Below, piece by piece: positions 29,996 to 39,791 of a stretch of 64,000 nucleotides of DNA (positions are counted from its first letter, which is position 1; the number at the start of each line of letters is the position of its first letter). Under the pieces are notes generated by a model. That model saw only the letters and a program-made list of their open reading frames with translations. It had not been told where the DNA came from and ran no database searches. The DNA is taken from assembly GCA_963798845.1 (NCBI GenBank), contig CAWCUS010000002.1, positions 256,001 to 320,000 of the forward strand, in the 5' to 3' direction. Both the position numbers and the translations under genes were made by a program. This DNA comes from an uncultured Gemmatimonadales bacterium (GTDB taxonomy: Bacteria; Gemmatimonadota; Gemmatimonadetes; Longimicrobiales; RSA9).

Positions 29996-31669
29996 ATGGC
30001 CGACCATTTCATGGATCTCTTCTCCGACGCCGGGTCGGACGCCGGCCCCTCCCGTGCGCCAGCCGGATCCGGAATGCCGTCGGCGGCGCAGCGCGACCCG
30101 CTCACAGTGCTCCGGCAGGTGTTCGGCTTCGACTCGTTTCGTCCGGGGCAGGCGGAGGTGATCGCCGCGGTGCTCCGGGGGCGTGACTGCATCGCGGTCA
30201 TGCCGACCGGGGCCGGGAAGTCGCTGACGTTCCAGATTCCGGCGAGGCTCCTGCCGGGGACGGTGCTGGTGGTGTCGCCGCTGATCAGCCTGATGAAGGA
30301 CCAGGTCGATGCGCTGGGGGAGTGGGGCTTCCGGGCGACGGCGGTGAACTCGTCGCTGGATTGGGAGGAGCGGCTGCGTCGCCTGGACGGGATCCGGCGG
30401 GGGGATTACGAGCTGGTGTACCTGGCACCGGAGGCGCTGGACGGAGCGTTGCGGGAGGCGCTCGGAACGTGGCCGGTGTCGCTGCTCGTGGTGGACGAGG
30501 CGCACTGCATCTCCCAGTGGGGACACGATTTCCGGCCCAGCTACCGGCGCCTGAGCGGCCTCAGGCAGGAGCTCGGCGTTCCGGTGCTGGCGCTCACGGC
30601 CACGGCCACGCGCCGGGTCGCACGGGACATCCTGCGGCAGCTGGGGATGCAGAAGCCGGCCGGGTACAAGGGGTCGTTTTTCCGTCGCAACCTCCGGATC
30701 CACGTGCGGAAGAAGGGGCAGGGGGGCAACACGCGGCGGGAGATCCTGGCCCTGGTGCGGGAGCGGCTGGGGGAGAGCGGAATCGTGTACTGCCTGTCGC
30801 GGAAGGGGGTGGAGCAGACGGCCGGGTACCTGGCCGCCCACGGGATTCGCGCCTTGCCGTACCACGCGGGCATGCGCGACGAGGAACGGGCGGCGAACCA
30901 GGAAGCGTTCCAGAAGGACAATGCAGACGTGATCGTCGCGACGATCGCGTTCGGCATGGGGATCGACAAGTCGAACGTGCGCTTCGTGATCCACCGGGAC
31001 ATGCCGAAGGACGTGGAGAGCTGGTACCAGGAGATCGGCCGCGCCGGTCGCGACGGCCTTCGCTCCGACTGCTTCCTCTTCTATTCCTGGGCGGACGTGA
31101 AGATGCACGAGCGGTTCCTCGGCGACATCGAGGACGCCGCGCTTCGCGACCAGAAGCACCGCGCCACCGTCGACCTCTTCCAGCTGGTGGAGCGCGCGGA
31201 ATGTCGGCACCGGGCCATCGTGGCCCATTTCGACGAGGGCATCGACGACTGCGGTGACGCCTGCGACACCTGCCTGGGCGTCGCCGTCGAGGACCTGGCC
31301 GCCGACGCCATGCTCCGCCACGGGATCCGCCGCTCGCCTCGCCGCTCGGCGCGCTCCGTACGGGGTGCCGCGGGCCGGTCTCCCGCGCTGCCGCACGCGT
31401 CGGAACAGCCGGCCCCGTGGGATGAAGCCCCGCCCCCCGAGTTCGACCCTGCCGGCGACACGCTCTTCGGGAGACTCCGGGCGCTGCGCAAGCGGCTGGC
31501 GGACGAGCGCGGCGTCCCCGCCTACATCGTCTTCAACGACCGGGTCCTGCGAGCGATGGCGGACCAGCGACCGTCCACCGCGGCCGAGCTGCTGCGGATC
31601 TCCGGCGTCGGGCCGAAGAAGCTCGAGCGCTACGGGGAGGTGTTCCTGGAGGCGATCCGCGAAGGGTGA
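29996..31669 (+). CDS. recQ: RecQ-family DNA helicase with Zn-binding and HRDC domains
   Basis: [48 protein letters not shown]...[18 protein letters not shown]. Confidence 0.92.
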   Translation: MADHFMDLFSDAGSDAGPSRAPAGSGMPSAAQRDPLTVLRQVFGFDSFRPGQAEVIAAVLRGRDCIAVMPTGAGKSLTFQIPARLLPGTVLVVSPLISLMKDQVDALGEWGFRATAVNSSLDWEERLRRLDGIRRGDYELVYLAPEALDGALREALGTWPVSLLVVDEAHCISQWGHDFRPSYRRLSGLRQELGVPVLALTATATRRVARDILRQLGMQKPAGYKGSFFRRNLRIHVRKKGQGGNTRREILALVRERLGESGIVYCLSRKGVEQTAGYLAAHGIRALPYHAGMRDEERAANQEAFQKDNADVIVATIAFGMGIDKSNVRFVIHRDMPKDVESWYQEIGRAGRDGLRSDCFLFYSWADVKMHERFLGDIEDAALRDQKHRATVDLFQLVERAECRHRAIVAHFDEGIDDCGDACDTCLGVAVEDLAADAMLRHGIRRSPRRSARSVRGAAGRSPALPHASEQPAPWDEAPPPEFDPAGDTLFGRLRALRKRLADERGVPAYIVFNDRVLRAMADQRPSTAAELLRISGVGPKKLERYGEVFLEAIREG

Positions 31670-31799
31670 GCCCCGGAGGGAGGGCGCAAGTGCAGGAACG
31701 CCGCGACGACTCTCCCTTGTTCCGTCATTCCCCCGTACCCATCTTCGATCCCCGAAGCCCCCGCCCGCGCGGTTCCCACCCCCAGACGGAGAGCCGAAG

Positions 31800-33236
31800 A
31801 TGTCGCTGCCCCTGCCCCTGCCCGAGGCGCCGCACTCCCTGTGGCGCGAGACGTACGGCCCGTACTCGCCCGGCGCGCCGCTGGGGGAGGATCTGAGCGT
31901 CGACGTCGCCATCATCGGCGGCGGGTTCACGGGGCTGACCACGGCGTACGAGCTGCGGCGAGCGGACCCCGGGCTGTCGGTCGCGGTCCTGGAGGCGAGG
32001 GAGATCGGGTTCGGCTCGAGCGGCCGCAACGGCTCGTTCGCCATGACCGTGGTGGGGCTCGGGTTCTCGACCACGGCGTTGATCAAGGGGAAGGAGTTCC
32101 TCCGGCGGGCGCACCGCTACATGATGCGGGCGGTGGACACGCTGGACGATCTGATCCAGCGGGAGGGGCTGGACTGCGAACGGACGCGACCGGGCTTCCT
32201 GCGCGTGGCCACCACCCACAGCTATCTGAAGAAGCTGCGTGGGGAAGTCGATCTGATGAACTCCCTCGGCTTCGACGATATCTTCTTCCTGGACGAGCGG
32301 GAGACGCGGGAGCGGGTGAACTCGCCGATCCACCTGGGGGCGCTCTGGGAGCCGCGCCTTCTCCTGATCCACCCGCTGAAGCTGGTGCGAGCCGAGAAGG
32401 AGCTCGCGCAGCGGGTGGGTGCCCGGGTGTTCGAGAACACGCCGGTCACCCGCGTCCGTCGCGGGAAGCGCTTCACGCTCGAGGTGCCCGGTGCGACCGT
32501 GACGGCGGAGAAGGTGGTGTTCGCCACGAATGCGTACGCGCACCTGCTGGCGCCGACGCGCCGCAAGCAGGTCCCTGCGTTCACGCACATGCAGTGCACG
32601 GAGCCGCTGACTCCGCAGCAGCTCGAGCCGATAGGGTGGGCGGGCCGTGAAGGCGTGGAGGACGCCCGCAACCTGATCCACTTCTTCCGGCTGACCACGG
32701 ACAATCGGATCGCCATCGGCGCGGGCCCCGTGGGCTTCACGTGGGCCAACGACCTCCACGGCGACGTGAGCCCGACGGCCTGGCGGGACCAGCAGGAGCA
32801 CCTGCGCCTCACTTTCCCCCACCTGCGCGACATCCGGTTCACGCACCAGTGGGGCGGCCCGTTCTCGGTGACGCTCGACCTCAATCCGGCCATCGGCTAT
32901 CTGGGCGACGAGCGGGCCGCCTACAGCGTCGGCTGCATCGGGCATGGCGTCGCCATGACGCACCTGAACGCGCAGGCGCTTCGCGACCTGGTGCTGGGGG
33001 AGAGGACCGACCTCACGGAGAGCCCCTTCGTCAACCGGCGCGTGCTGCCGTGGCCGCCCGAACCGTTGCGGAGCGTGCTCGGCCACGCGCTGCGCGGGTA
33101 TCTCCGGCTCGAGGACTGGTTGAAGGAAGGAGACCTGCGCCGTTTCAGGCGGCAGGTTCCTGCGACGGAGGCACCCGCCGCACCCACGGCTGCCGCGCCG
33201 CCGCCGCCCGCCTCACGGGGTAGCGGTCGATCGTGA
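31800..33236 (+). CDS. FAD-dependent oxidoreductase (PuuB / D-amino acid oxidase-like)
   Basis: [34 protein letters not shown]. Confidence 0.88.
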   Translation: MSLPLPLPEAPHSLWRETYGPYSPGAPLGEDLSVDVAIIGGGFTGLTTAYELRRADPGLSVAVLEAREIGFGSSGRNGSFAMTVVGLGFSTTALIKGKEFLRRAHRYMMRAVDTLDDLIQREGLDCERTRPGFLRVATTHSYLKKLRGEVDLMNSLGFDDIFFLDERETRERVNSPIHLGALWEPRLLLIHPLKLVRAEKELAQRVGARVFENTPVTRVRRGKRFTLEVPGATVTAEKVVFATNAYAHLLAPTRRKQVPAFTHMQCTEPLTPQQLEPIGWAGREGVEDARNLIHFFRLTTDNRIAIGAGPVGFTWANDLHGDVSPTAWRDQQEHLRLTFPHLRDIRFTHQWGGPFSVTLDLNPAIGYLGDERAAYSVGCIGHGVAMTHLNAQALRDLVLGERTDLTESPFVNRRVLPWPPEPLRSVLGHALRGYLRLEDWLKEGDLRRFRRQVPATEAPAAPTAAAPPPPASRGSGRS

Positions 33237-33304
33237 TCCGCCGAGCCTGGTCGGGCGGGCTGTAGCCGGCCCCGGTCACGGACGGCGGCGGTCGCGCCGG
33301 GTTC

Positions 33305-34900
33305 CTAGCGCCGCGCGGCGGGCTCCGCCGGCTCCGCCACATCCGCGCACGCGAGCGGCGCCGGCTCGCCGTCGGGGCCGACCACGGCGCGGAGGGCGCG
33401 GGCGGTCTCGGGGTGGATTCCGGACACGTCCACGTCGAGGCCGGCGCTACGGAGCGCGCTGAGGCTGTCGTTGAGCACGAGGGCGGCAGTGACGTCCACT
33501 CGTCCGAGGCGCTCCATGTGCAGCCGGACCCGGTGCGCGTCCGGGTGGTCGGCCACGAGGTCGCCGATGGACGACTTCAGGACCTCGGCCGACCCGAACC
33601 ACAACACCCCGTGCGGCCGGAGGTTGAGGGTGCCATCGTCTTCCGCCCACGCATCCAGCCCCAGGTGCAGCTCCCGCCACAGGTGCACGGCGCCGGCCAT
33701 GAGGATCCCGAGGATCACCGCCTGCTCGATGTGGGGGGCGAGCAGGAGCGTGAGCGCGAACGTGGTGGTCGCCACGGCGAACTGCGGGCGCGAGATCCGC
33801 CACAGACAGGCCATCGGCTGGACCCGGATCAGCCCCGCGACCGCGACGATGACGAGCGCGCCGAGCACGGCGATCGGCAGCGGCGCGAGTATGGACGCGA
33901 AGGGAAGGAACGCGAGCACGGTCAGCCCCGTGATGGCGCCGCTCCAGCGAGTCTTCGCTCCGCCCAGGTGGGCGAGTCCGCTGCGCGAGAAGGAGCCGCC
34001 CACGGGGAAGCCGCCGCTCACGGCGGAGGCCAGGTTCGCCACGCCCTGGCTTATGAACTCGCGGTCGGGATCCCACCGCTGCCGCTCGAGGGCGGCGTAG
34101 GTCCGGGCGATGGACGCCGCCTCCGAGAATCCGGCCAGCGCGATCACGACCCCCGGAAGGAGCAGCCATGGGGTGAAGGTCCACGGCAGCGACAGCCCGA
34201 TGGGCGGCAGCCCTTCAGGGACCGCGCCGACCGTCGGGCCATCATAGAAGCCGCGCGCGCTCAGCCATATGCCCGCCGCCGTGACCACCACGATCGCCGG
34301 GACCAGCGGGTGGATCTTTCTCGCCAGGACCACGACGACGATCGTCGCCGCCGCCAGCGCGAGCGCATGCAGGTTCCACTCCGACATGCGGACCACGGCC
34401 ACCAGCGCAGCGCCGATGCCGGCATCCGCGGGCGCGACGCCGAGCACGGCCGGGAGCTGGGAGATGAGGATCAGGATCGCCGCGCCGACGGTGAACCCGC
34501 GCAGCACGGGCTCGGACATGAGGAAGACGATCCGTCCGGCGCGCAGCGCCCCGAAGCCGATCCGGATGACGCCCACCGCGAGGGCGAGAAGCGCGCCCAG
34601 GCGGACGTACTCGGGTGTGCCTGGCACCGCCAGCGGCGCGAGCGCGCCGGCCGTGAGGATGGCGGTGACCGCGGATGGGCCGGTCTGGAGCCAGGGCGAG
34701 GACGCGAAGAAGGCCGCCGCGAGCGGTGGCAGGGCGGCGGCGTACAGCCCGATGTGGGCGGGCATCCCCGCGACCTGAGCGTAGGCGAGGGCCTGGGGGA
34801 TGAGGATGAAGGCCATGCTCACCCCGGCAACGGCGTCGCCGGCGGGTATGTTCAGCCGCCGACGCTCGCCGCCCCGCTCACTCCGTCCCGGGCGCGCCAT
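33305..34900 (-). CDS. SulP family anion transporter with STAS domain
   Basis: GD.VAG.S....LIPQALAYA..AG.P...GLY, P.GGSFSRS, C-terminal STAS-like domain. Confidence 0.92.
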   Translation of the reverse strand: MARPGRSERGGERRRLNIPAGDAVAGVSMAFILIPQALAYAQVAGMPAHIGLYAAALPPLAAAFFASSPWLQTGPSAVTAILTAGALAPLAVPGTPEYVRLGALLALAVGVIRIGFGALRAGRIVFLMSEPVLRGFTVGAAILILISQLPAVLGVAPADAGIGAALVAVVRMSEWNLHALALAAATIVVVVLARKIHPLVPAIVVVTAAGIWLSARGFYDGPTVGAVPEGLPPIGLSLPWTFTPWLLLPGVVIALAGFSEAASIARTYAALERQRWDPDREFISQGVANLASAVSGGFPVGGSFSRSGLAHLGGAKTRWSGAITGLTVLAFLPFASILAPLPIAVLGALVIVAVAGLIRVQPMACLWRISRPQFAVATTTFALTLLLAPHIEQAVILGILMAGAVHLWRELHLGLDAWAEDDGTLNLRPHGVLWFGSAEVLKSSIGDLVADHPDAHRVRLHMERLGRVDVTAALVLNDSLSALRSAGLDVDVSGIHPETARALRAVVGPDGEPAPLACADVAEPAEPAARR

Positions 34901-35354
34901 TCTGGGAACCGCCGCCCCGGATCAACTCGAGCCGGATGTACTTCTCCACGGCCACGATGTCCCGCGGCTGCATCTCCCGCAGTCCCCAGTGCGGCATGCC
35001 CAGCGTGTTGCCCACGAATACCTGCTTGTCCAGCGCCGCCGGGTCGTTCGCGAAGCGCCAGTTGGCCTGCTGGAATGACGGCGGGTGGAGAGTGTCGCCG
35101 TCGATCACGCGCCCGCCGTCGCCCCGGCCCTCGGGCCCGTGGCACTCGGCGCACGCCCACTTGAAGATGTCGCGTCCGCGGGCGATCGCATCGCTCTCGC
35201 TCGCCCACTTCACCGTGTCGAACATGACGGCGCTGTAGACGCGCGTGGCCGTGTCCACCTGCGCCTGTTGGGACCGTGCCGGCGGTGCCTGTTCACCGCA
35301 GGCCGCAAGGGTGAGCACGGCCGCGGTGGCGGCAAGGGGTGCGATCCGGCGCAT
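34878..35354 (-). CDS. Lipoprotein c-type cytochrome (monoheme)
   Basis: LAAC lipobox; CAECH heme motif; GMPHW axial Met; AGGAGG SD. Confidence 0.88.
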   Translation of the reverse strand: MRRIAPLAATAAVLTLAACGEQAPPARSQQAQVDTATRVYSAVMFDTVKWASESDAIARGRDIFKWACAECHGPEGRGDGGRVIDGDTLHPPSFQQANWRFANDPAALDKQVFVGNTLGMPHWGLREMQPRDIVAVEKYIRLELIRGGGSQNGAPGTE

Positions 35355-35501
35355 GGCGATTTCCTCCTGGACTGCGTGATCGGGCGCCTCTCCGACCCCC
35401 CCTGGATGGGAGGCGCCAGGTACGAACGAAATCATTTCATTCCCGCGAAAGCGGCCACCGGCGTGTGCCGGTGGCCGCCCCTTCGCGGTCCTGCCGACTC
35501 C

Positions 35502-36872
35502 TCAGGCCTTCACCGTCTCCCGCGAGCGCGTCTGCTCCGTCGCCGGCGCGCCCAGAAGGGGCGCCAGGACATCCCGCAGCGTCGGGCTGCCGATGACCTG
35601 GAGCTCGTAGCGGATCCGCGTGTACGGGACCGGGATCTCAACCAGCCGGGCCAGGTCGATGGGTGTCCCGATCGCCACGGCCTCGACGCCGTTCTCCACC
35701 GCCTTCCGGATCGTCGCTTCCAGGTCCTTCACCTGCTGATCGCCATAGCCCATGGCCGGGAGCAGCGTCCCGATCCCGGGGTATCGTTCATACGTGGTCA
35801 CGATCTCGCCCACCGCGAACGGCCGGGCATCCACGAGCTCGGCGGCGCCCGCCTTCTGCGCGCCGATGACCGCGGCACCGTATGTCATTCCACCGTGCGT
35901 GAGCGTGGGCCCGTCCTCGATGCAGAGGACCCGGCGGCCGCGCAGCACGTCCGGCCTGTCGACGAAGAGCGGGGAAGCGCCCTCGAGGAGCAGCGCACCC
36001 GGATTCACCTTGCGGACGTTGCGCTCCACCTGGAGCACGTCCTCCATGGCTGCGGTATCAACCTTGTTCACCAGCACCGCGTCCGCCAGACGCACGTTGA
36101 TCTCGCCCGGGTAATAGCCGAGCTCGTGCCCGGCGCGGTGCGGGTCCACGAGCGTGATGAAGACGTCGGGCTTGTAGAACGGCAGGTCGTTGTTGCCGCC
36201 GTCCCACAGGATCACATCCGCTTCCTTCTCAGCCTCTCGCAGGATCGCTTCGTAGTCGACGCCAGCGAAGACCACGCTCCCGGCGGCCATGTGCGGCTCG
36301 TACTCCTCGCGCTCCTCGATCGTGACCTGGTGACGGACCAGGTCCTCCTCGGTGGCGAAGCGCTGCACGCGCTGCTTCACCAGGTCGCCGTACGGCATCG
36401 GGTGCCGGATCACCGCCACCTTCTTCCCGGCTTCGCGGAGCAGCCGGACCACGGCGCGGCTCGTCTGGCTCTTCCCAACGCCCGTGCGGGAGGCGCACAC
36501 GGCCACGACCGGTCTGGTCGATTTCACCATGGTGGGCTCGGCGCCGAGCATGGAGAACTCCGAGCCGGCCGCGTTCACGCGGGCGGCGAGACCCATGACA
36601 TACGGATAGGAGACATCGGAGTACGCCATGATGCAACGCTCGACCCGGAGCTCGGCGATGAGCGCTTCCAGCCGGCGCTCGGGGTAGATCGGGATGCCAT
36701 CCGGGTAGAGCTCGCCCGCAAGCTCGGGCGGGTACCGTCGTTCGTCGATGTGCGGGATCTGCTCGGCCGTGAACCCCACGACCTCGGTGTCCGGATCGTT
36801 CCGGTACACCACGTTGAAGTTGTGGAAGTCGCGCCCGGCGGCTCCCAGGATCAGTGTCCGTTTCCGGCCCAT
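35502..36872 (-). CDS. arcE: Arginine synthetase ArcE-like protein (often annotated cyclic 2,3-diphosphoglycerate synthase / GTPase)
   Basis: ILGAAGRDFHNFN, RTGVGKSQ, RHPMPYG, IEEREEYEPH, WDGGNND, EDGPTLTHG, LPAMGY. Confidence 0.8.
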   Translation of the reverse strand: MGRKRTLILGAAGRDFHNFNVVYRNDPDTEVVGFTAEQIPHIDERRYPPELAGELYPDGIPIYPERRLEALIAELRVERCIMAYSDVSYPYVMGLAARVNAAGSEFSMLGAEPTMVKSTRPVVAVCASRTGVGKSQTSRAVVRLLREAGKKVAVIRHPMPYGDLVKQRVQRFATEEDLVRHQVTIEEREEYEPHMAAGSVVFAGVDYEAILREAEKEADVILWDGGNNDLPFYKPDVFITLVDPHRAGHELGYYPGEINVRLADAVLVNKVDTAAMEDVLQVERNVRKVNPGALLLEGASPLFVDRPDVLRGRRVLCIEDGPTLTHGGMTYGAAVIGAQKAGAAELVDARPFAVGEIVTTYERYPGIGTLLPAMGYGDQQVKDLEATIRKAVENGVEAVAIGTPIDLARLVEIPVPYTRIRYELQVIGSPTLRDVLAPLLGAPATEQTRSRETVKA

Positions 36873-37040
36873 ATGAGGTACCCTCGCTTGGTTCGGGTTT
36901 GGCCGTGCTCTCAGGCTAAGGTGCCGCGCGCAAGAGAGGCAATCGGGAGGATTCACCGCCCGGCGGCGGGGAAATCCCTTACCCTTGCGGAGCGCCCACG
37001 TCGACTGGCCCGGGACCGGATGCGCGAGCATATTGCCGGC

Positions 37041-37970
37041 ATGAGCCGTACCCTCGAGTCACCGATCCGTTCGTTCGCCGAGCTGAAGGCTCGCGCCGCC
37101 GAAGTACCGCCCGTGCCGGTGGCCGTGGTGGCCGCCGAGAGCCCGTCGGCGCTGGCTGCCGTCGCGGCCGCGGCGGCGGCCGGAATCGCGCTGCCGGTGC
37201 TTGTTGGCGATGGCGCCCGGATCCGGGACGTCGTTGCGGCAGAGCGGATCCGCGGTCTCGACGGTGCCCGGTGGGTGGAAGCGGCGTCGCCCGAGTCCGC
37301 TGCGTCGATCGCGATCGAGCTCGCCCGGGCGGGCGAGGTGGGGATGCTGCTGAAAGGCGCGCTGCGGACGGACCAGCTGCTGCGCGCGACGCTGGACCGG
37401 GAGAACGGGCTCCGCACCGGCCGCCTTCTCTCGGACGTCCTGCTTTACGAGGACACGCTCTCGGGCTCGGTCCGCCTGGTGGGCGTGACGGACGGCGGGA
37501 TCAACCCGGCGCCGGACGCCGACGCGCTGCGCCGGATCGTGGCCAACGCCGTGGCCGTCTTCCGGGCGCTGGGCGTGGCCAGGCCGCGTGTGGCGCTGCT
37601 CAGCGCCACGGAGATGGTGACCGACGCGGTCCCGTCCACGGTCGTGGCCCGCCAGGTGGCCGACTGGGCGTCGAGGGAGCTGCCGGACGCCGACGTGGAC
37701 GGTCCGCTCGCCCTCGACAACGCCCTCATCCCTTCGGCCGCCCGCGCCAAGGGGATCACCGGTCCCGTGGCCGGCTGCGCGGACATCATGGTCACCCCCG
37801 GGATCGACGCCGGCAACATCCTGGGCAAGGGGGTCAAGTACCTCGGCGGGTCCATCACGGCGCACGTGGTCGTGGGGGCGAGAGTTCCGATCCTGATCCC
37901 GTCGCGGGTGGAGAGCGCCGAAGACAAGCTGCACTCCATCGCCTTCGGGGCGCTGGTGGGCGCGCCGTGA
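37041..37970 (+). CDS. ptb: Phosphate butyryl/acyltransferase
   Basis: LLKG.L.T..LL...LD...GLRTGR.LS, TDGGIN.AP, DGPLALDNA, P.IDAGNILGK, SR.ES..DK. Confidence 0.88.
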   Translation: MSRTLESPIRSFAELKARAAEVPPVPVAVVAAESPSALAAVAAAAAAGIALPVLVGDGARIRDVVAAERIRGLDGARWVEAASPESAASIAIELARAGEVGMLLKGALRTDQLLRATLDRENGLRTGRLLSDVLLYEDTLSGSVRLVGVTDGGINPAPDADALRRIVANAVAVFRALGVARPRVALLSATEMVTDAVPSTVVARQVADWASRELPDADVDGPLALDNALIPSAARAKGITGPVAGCADIMVTPGIDAGNILGKGVKYLGGSITAHVVVGARVPILIPSRVESAEDKLHSIAFGALVGAP

Positions 37971-39043
37971 GCCGGCGCCCGCTGATCCTCGCGCTGAACC
38001 CGGGCTCCACAAGCACGAAGTTGGGCCTCTTCGCCGACGGAGCCGCGATCCTCGAGCACACCGCCACGCATGGCGACGGCGCGCTCGCCCGTTTCGGCGG
38101 CCGTCCGATCCTGGAGCAGCTCGAATTCCGCCTGGAGGCGGTGCGCGACGCCCTGTCCGACCATGGCGCCTCGCCGCGCGACCTGGATGCGGTGGTCGGA
38201 CGGGGCGGGTTGCTGCGCCCGCTGGCCAGCGGCACGTACCGCGTCACGGATGCCATGCTCGAGGAGCTGCGCCGGGCGGAGAGGGGAGAGCACGCGTCGA
38301 ATCTGGGCGCCCTCCTGGCCCGGCGGCTCGCGGATGAGGCCGGCTGTCCGGCGTTCATCGTGGATCCGGTGAGCGTGGACGAGTGGGACGACGTCGCCCG
38401 CATCTCCGGTCTGGCGGGGCTGGACCGGGTGTGCCTGTCCCACGCCCTCAACACGAAAGCGGTGGCGAAGCGGCACGCCGCCGAGATCGAGCGCCCGTAC
38501 GACGAGCTCCGGCTCGTGGTCGCCCACCTGGGGAGCGGCGTGAGCGTCTCCGCGCACCGCGGCGGGCGTATGGTGGACGTCAACAACCCTCGCGAGGAGG
38601 GGCCGTTCTCCACGGAGCGGGCCGGCACGATCCCGGTCATGCGGCTGGTGGAGCGGGTGCTGGCCGACGGGTGGACGCCGGACGAGGCGGACCGGCGCCT
38701 GTTCCGGGAGGGGGGGCTGGTCTCCTACCTGGGCACCCGCGACCTGCGGGACGTGGAAGCGCGCATCGCCGCGGGCGACGACCGGGCCCGCCTCGTGTTC
38801 CGCGCCATGGTGTACCAGGTGGCGAAGGAGATCGGCGCCATGGGGGCCGTCCTCCATGGCCGCGTGGATGCCATACTGGTCACGGGCGGGATGGCCCGGA
38901 GTCAGGCGCTGACCGGCGCGCTCTCCGAGGCCGTGTCGTGGATCGCCTCCGTGTTCGTGTACCCGGGCGAGGACGAGCTGAGGGCGCTGGCCGAAGGGGC
39001 CGCCCGCGCGCTCGCCGGCACGGAGGCGGCGCGCGAGTACTAG
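37967..39043 (+). CDS. buk: Butyrate (branched-chain/acyl) kinase
   Basis: LNPGSTSTK, GRGGLL.P..SGTY, HASNLGA, HALN.KA, HLGSG.SV, GPFS.ERAG, YPGEDE; GTGA overlap with ptb. Confidence 0.93.
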   Translation: MSRRPLILALNPGSTSTKLGLFADGAAILEHTATHGDGALARFGGRPILEQLEFRLEAVRDALSDHGASPRDLDAVVGRGGLLRPLASGTYRVTDAMLEELRRAERGEHASNLGALLARRLADEAGCPAFIVDPVSVDEWDDVARISGLAGLDRVCLSHALNTKAVAKRHAAEIERPYDELRLVVAHLGSGVSVSAHRGGRMVDVNNPREEGPFSTERAGTIPVMRLVERVLADGWTPDEADRRLFREGGLVSYLGTRDLRDVEARIAAGDDRARLVFRAMVYQVAKEIGAMGAVLHGRVDAILVTGGMARSQALTGALSEAVSWIASVFVYPGEDELRALAEGAARALAGTEAAREY

Positions 39044-39053
39044 CGGTCGGGCG

Positions 39054-39791
39054 TCAGAAGCTGAACGCCGCCGCGCCCACCATCCACTCGGCGCCCGTGT
39101 CGAAGGCTACATCGTTGGCTTCCGCCGTCTTCGGCGGGACCGTCAGACGGATCGCCTCCTGCCAGTGATCGCGGGCGATGAACAGGTAGTTGGAGAGTGC
39201 CCCCAGCATCACGGTGCTGGACAGCTTGTCGTTCCCCAGCTCCCGGGCCAGCGCCAGCGCAGGGAAGGTGAGCAGCGTGATCCCGCGCGCTTCCGTTCTC
39301 GCTTCGAGGTCGCGAGGGTAGCCGGCGGTCTTGAGCGACTCGATGCTCGGCGCGATCCGCTGGTCGTTCACGAGCACGATGCCGCCCGGCTCCACCAGCG
39401 ACAGGTGCCGCGCGGCCTCGAGGCGCTCGAACGCCACGAGGAAATCGGCCTCGCCTTCCGGGATGGAGGAGGAGAGGGCCGCGTCGCCGAAGCGCACGGC
39501 GGTGAGAACCGTGCCGCCCCGCTGCGACATTCCGTGCACTTCCGAGGTCAAGACCTGGTGCCCTGCCAACGCCGCGGCCGTGGCCAGCACCCGTGTGGCG
39601 AGGACGGAGCCCTGACCGCCGACTCCCGCAAGCACGATGTTCGTCACATCGCCGTGAGCGACAGGGCGGACGCTTCCGCCGCGGTCGGACGCCTGCTCGA
39701 CCGGGCCTGCCGCTCCCGCGGTCAGCTCTTCCAGGTCCGTGGCCGCGCCCTGCAGGTCCTCGGACACCGACACCCTCGTGCTATCGGTCAC
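39054..39791 (-). CDS. iorB: Indolepyruvate/arylpyruvate:ferredoxin oxidoreductase beta subunit
   Basis: NIVLAGVGGQG, SEVHGMSQRGG.V...VRFG, FE.LEA.R. Confidence 0.9.
   Translation of the reverse strand: MTDSTRVSVSEDLQGAATDLEELTAGAAGPVEQASDRGGSVRPVAHGDVTNIVLAGVGGQGSVLATRVLATAAALAGHQVLTSEVHGMSQRGGTVLTAVRFGDAALSSSIPEGEADFLVAFERLEAARHLSLVEPGGIVLVNDQRIAPSIESLKTAGYPRDLEARTEARGITLLTFPALALARELGNDKLSSTVMLGALSNYLFIARDHWQEAIRLTVPPKTAEANDVAFDTGAEWMVGAAAFSF

Noticed and set aside
35085..37040. Apparent 961-aa Ptb fusion protein
   Set aside because: The N-terminal ~650 codons are antisense to arcE and the cytochrome gene; the real ptb starts at 37041.
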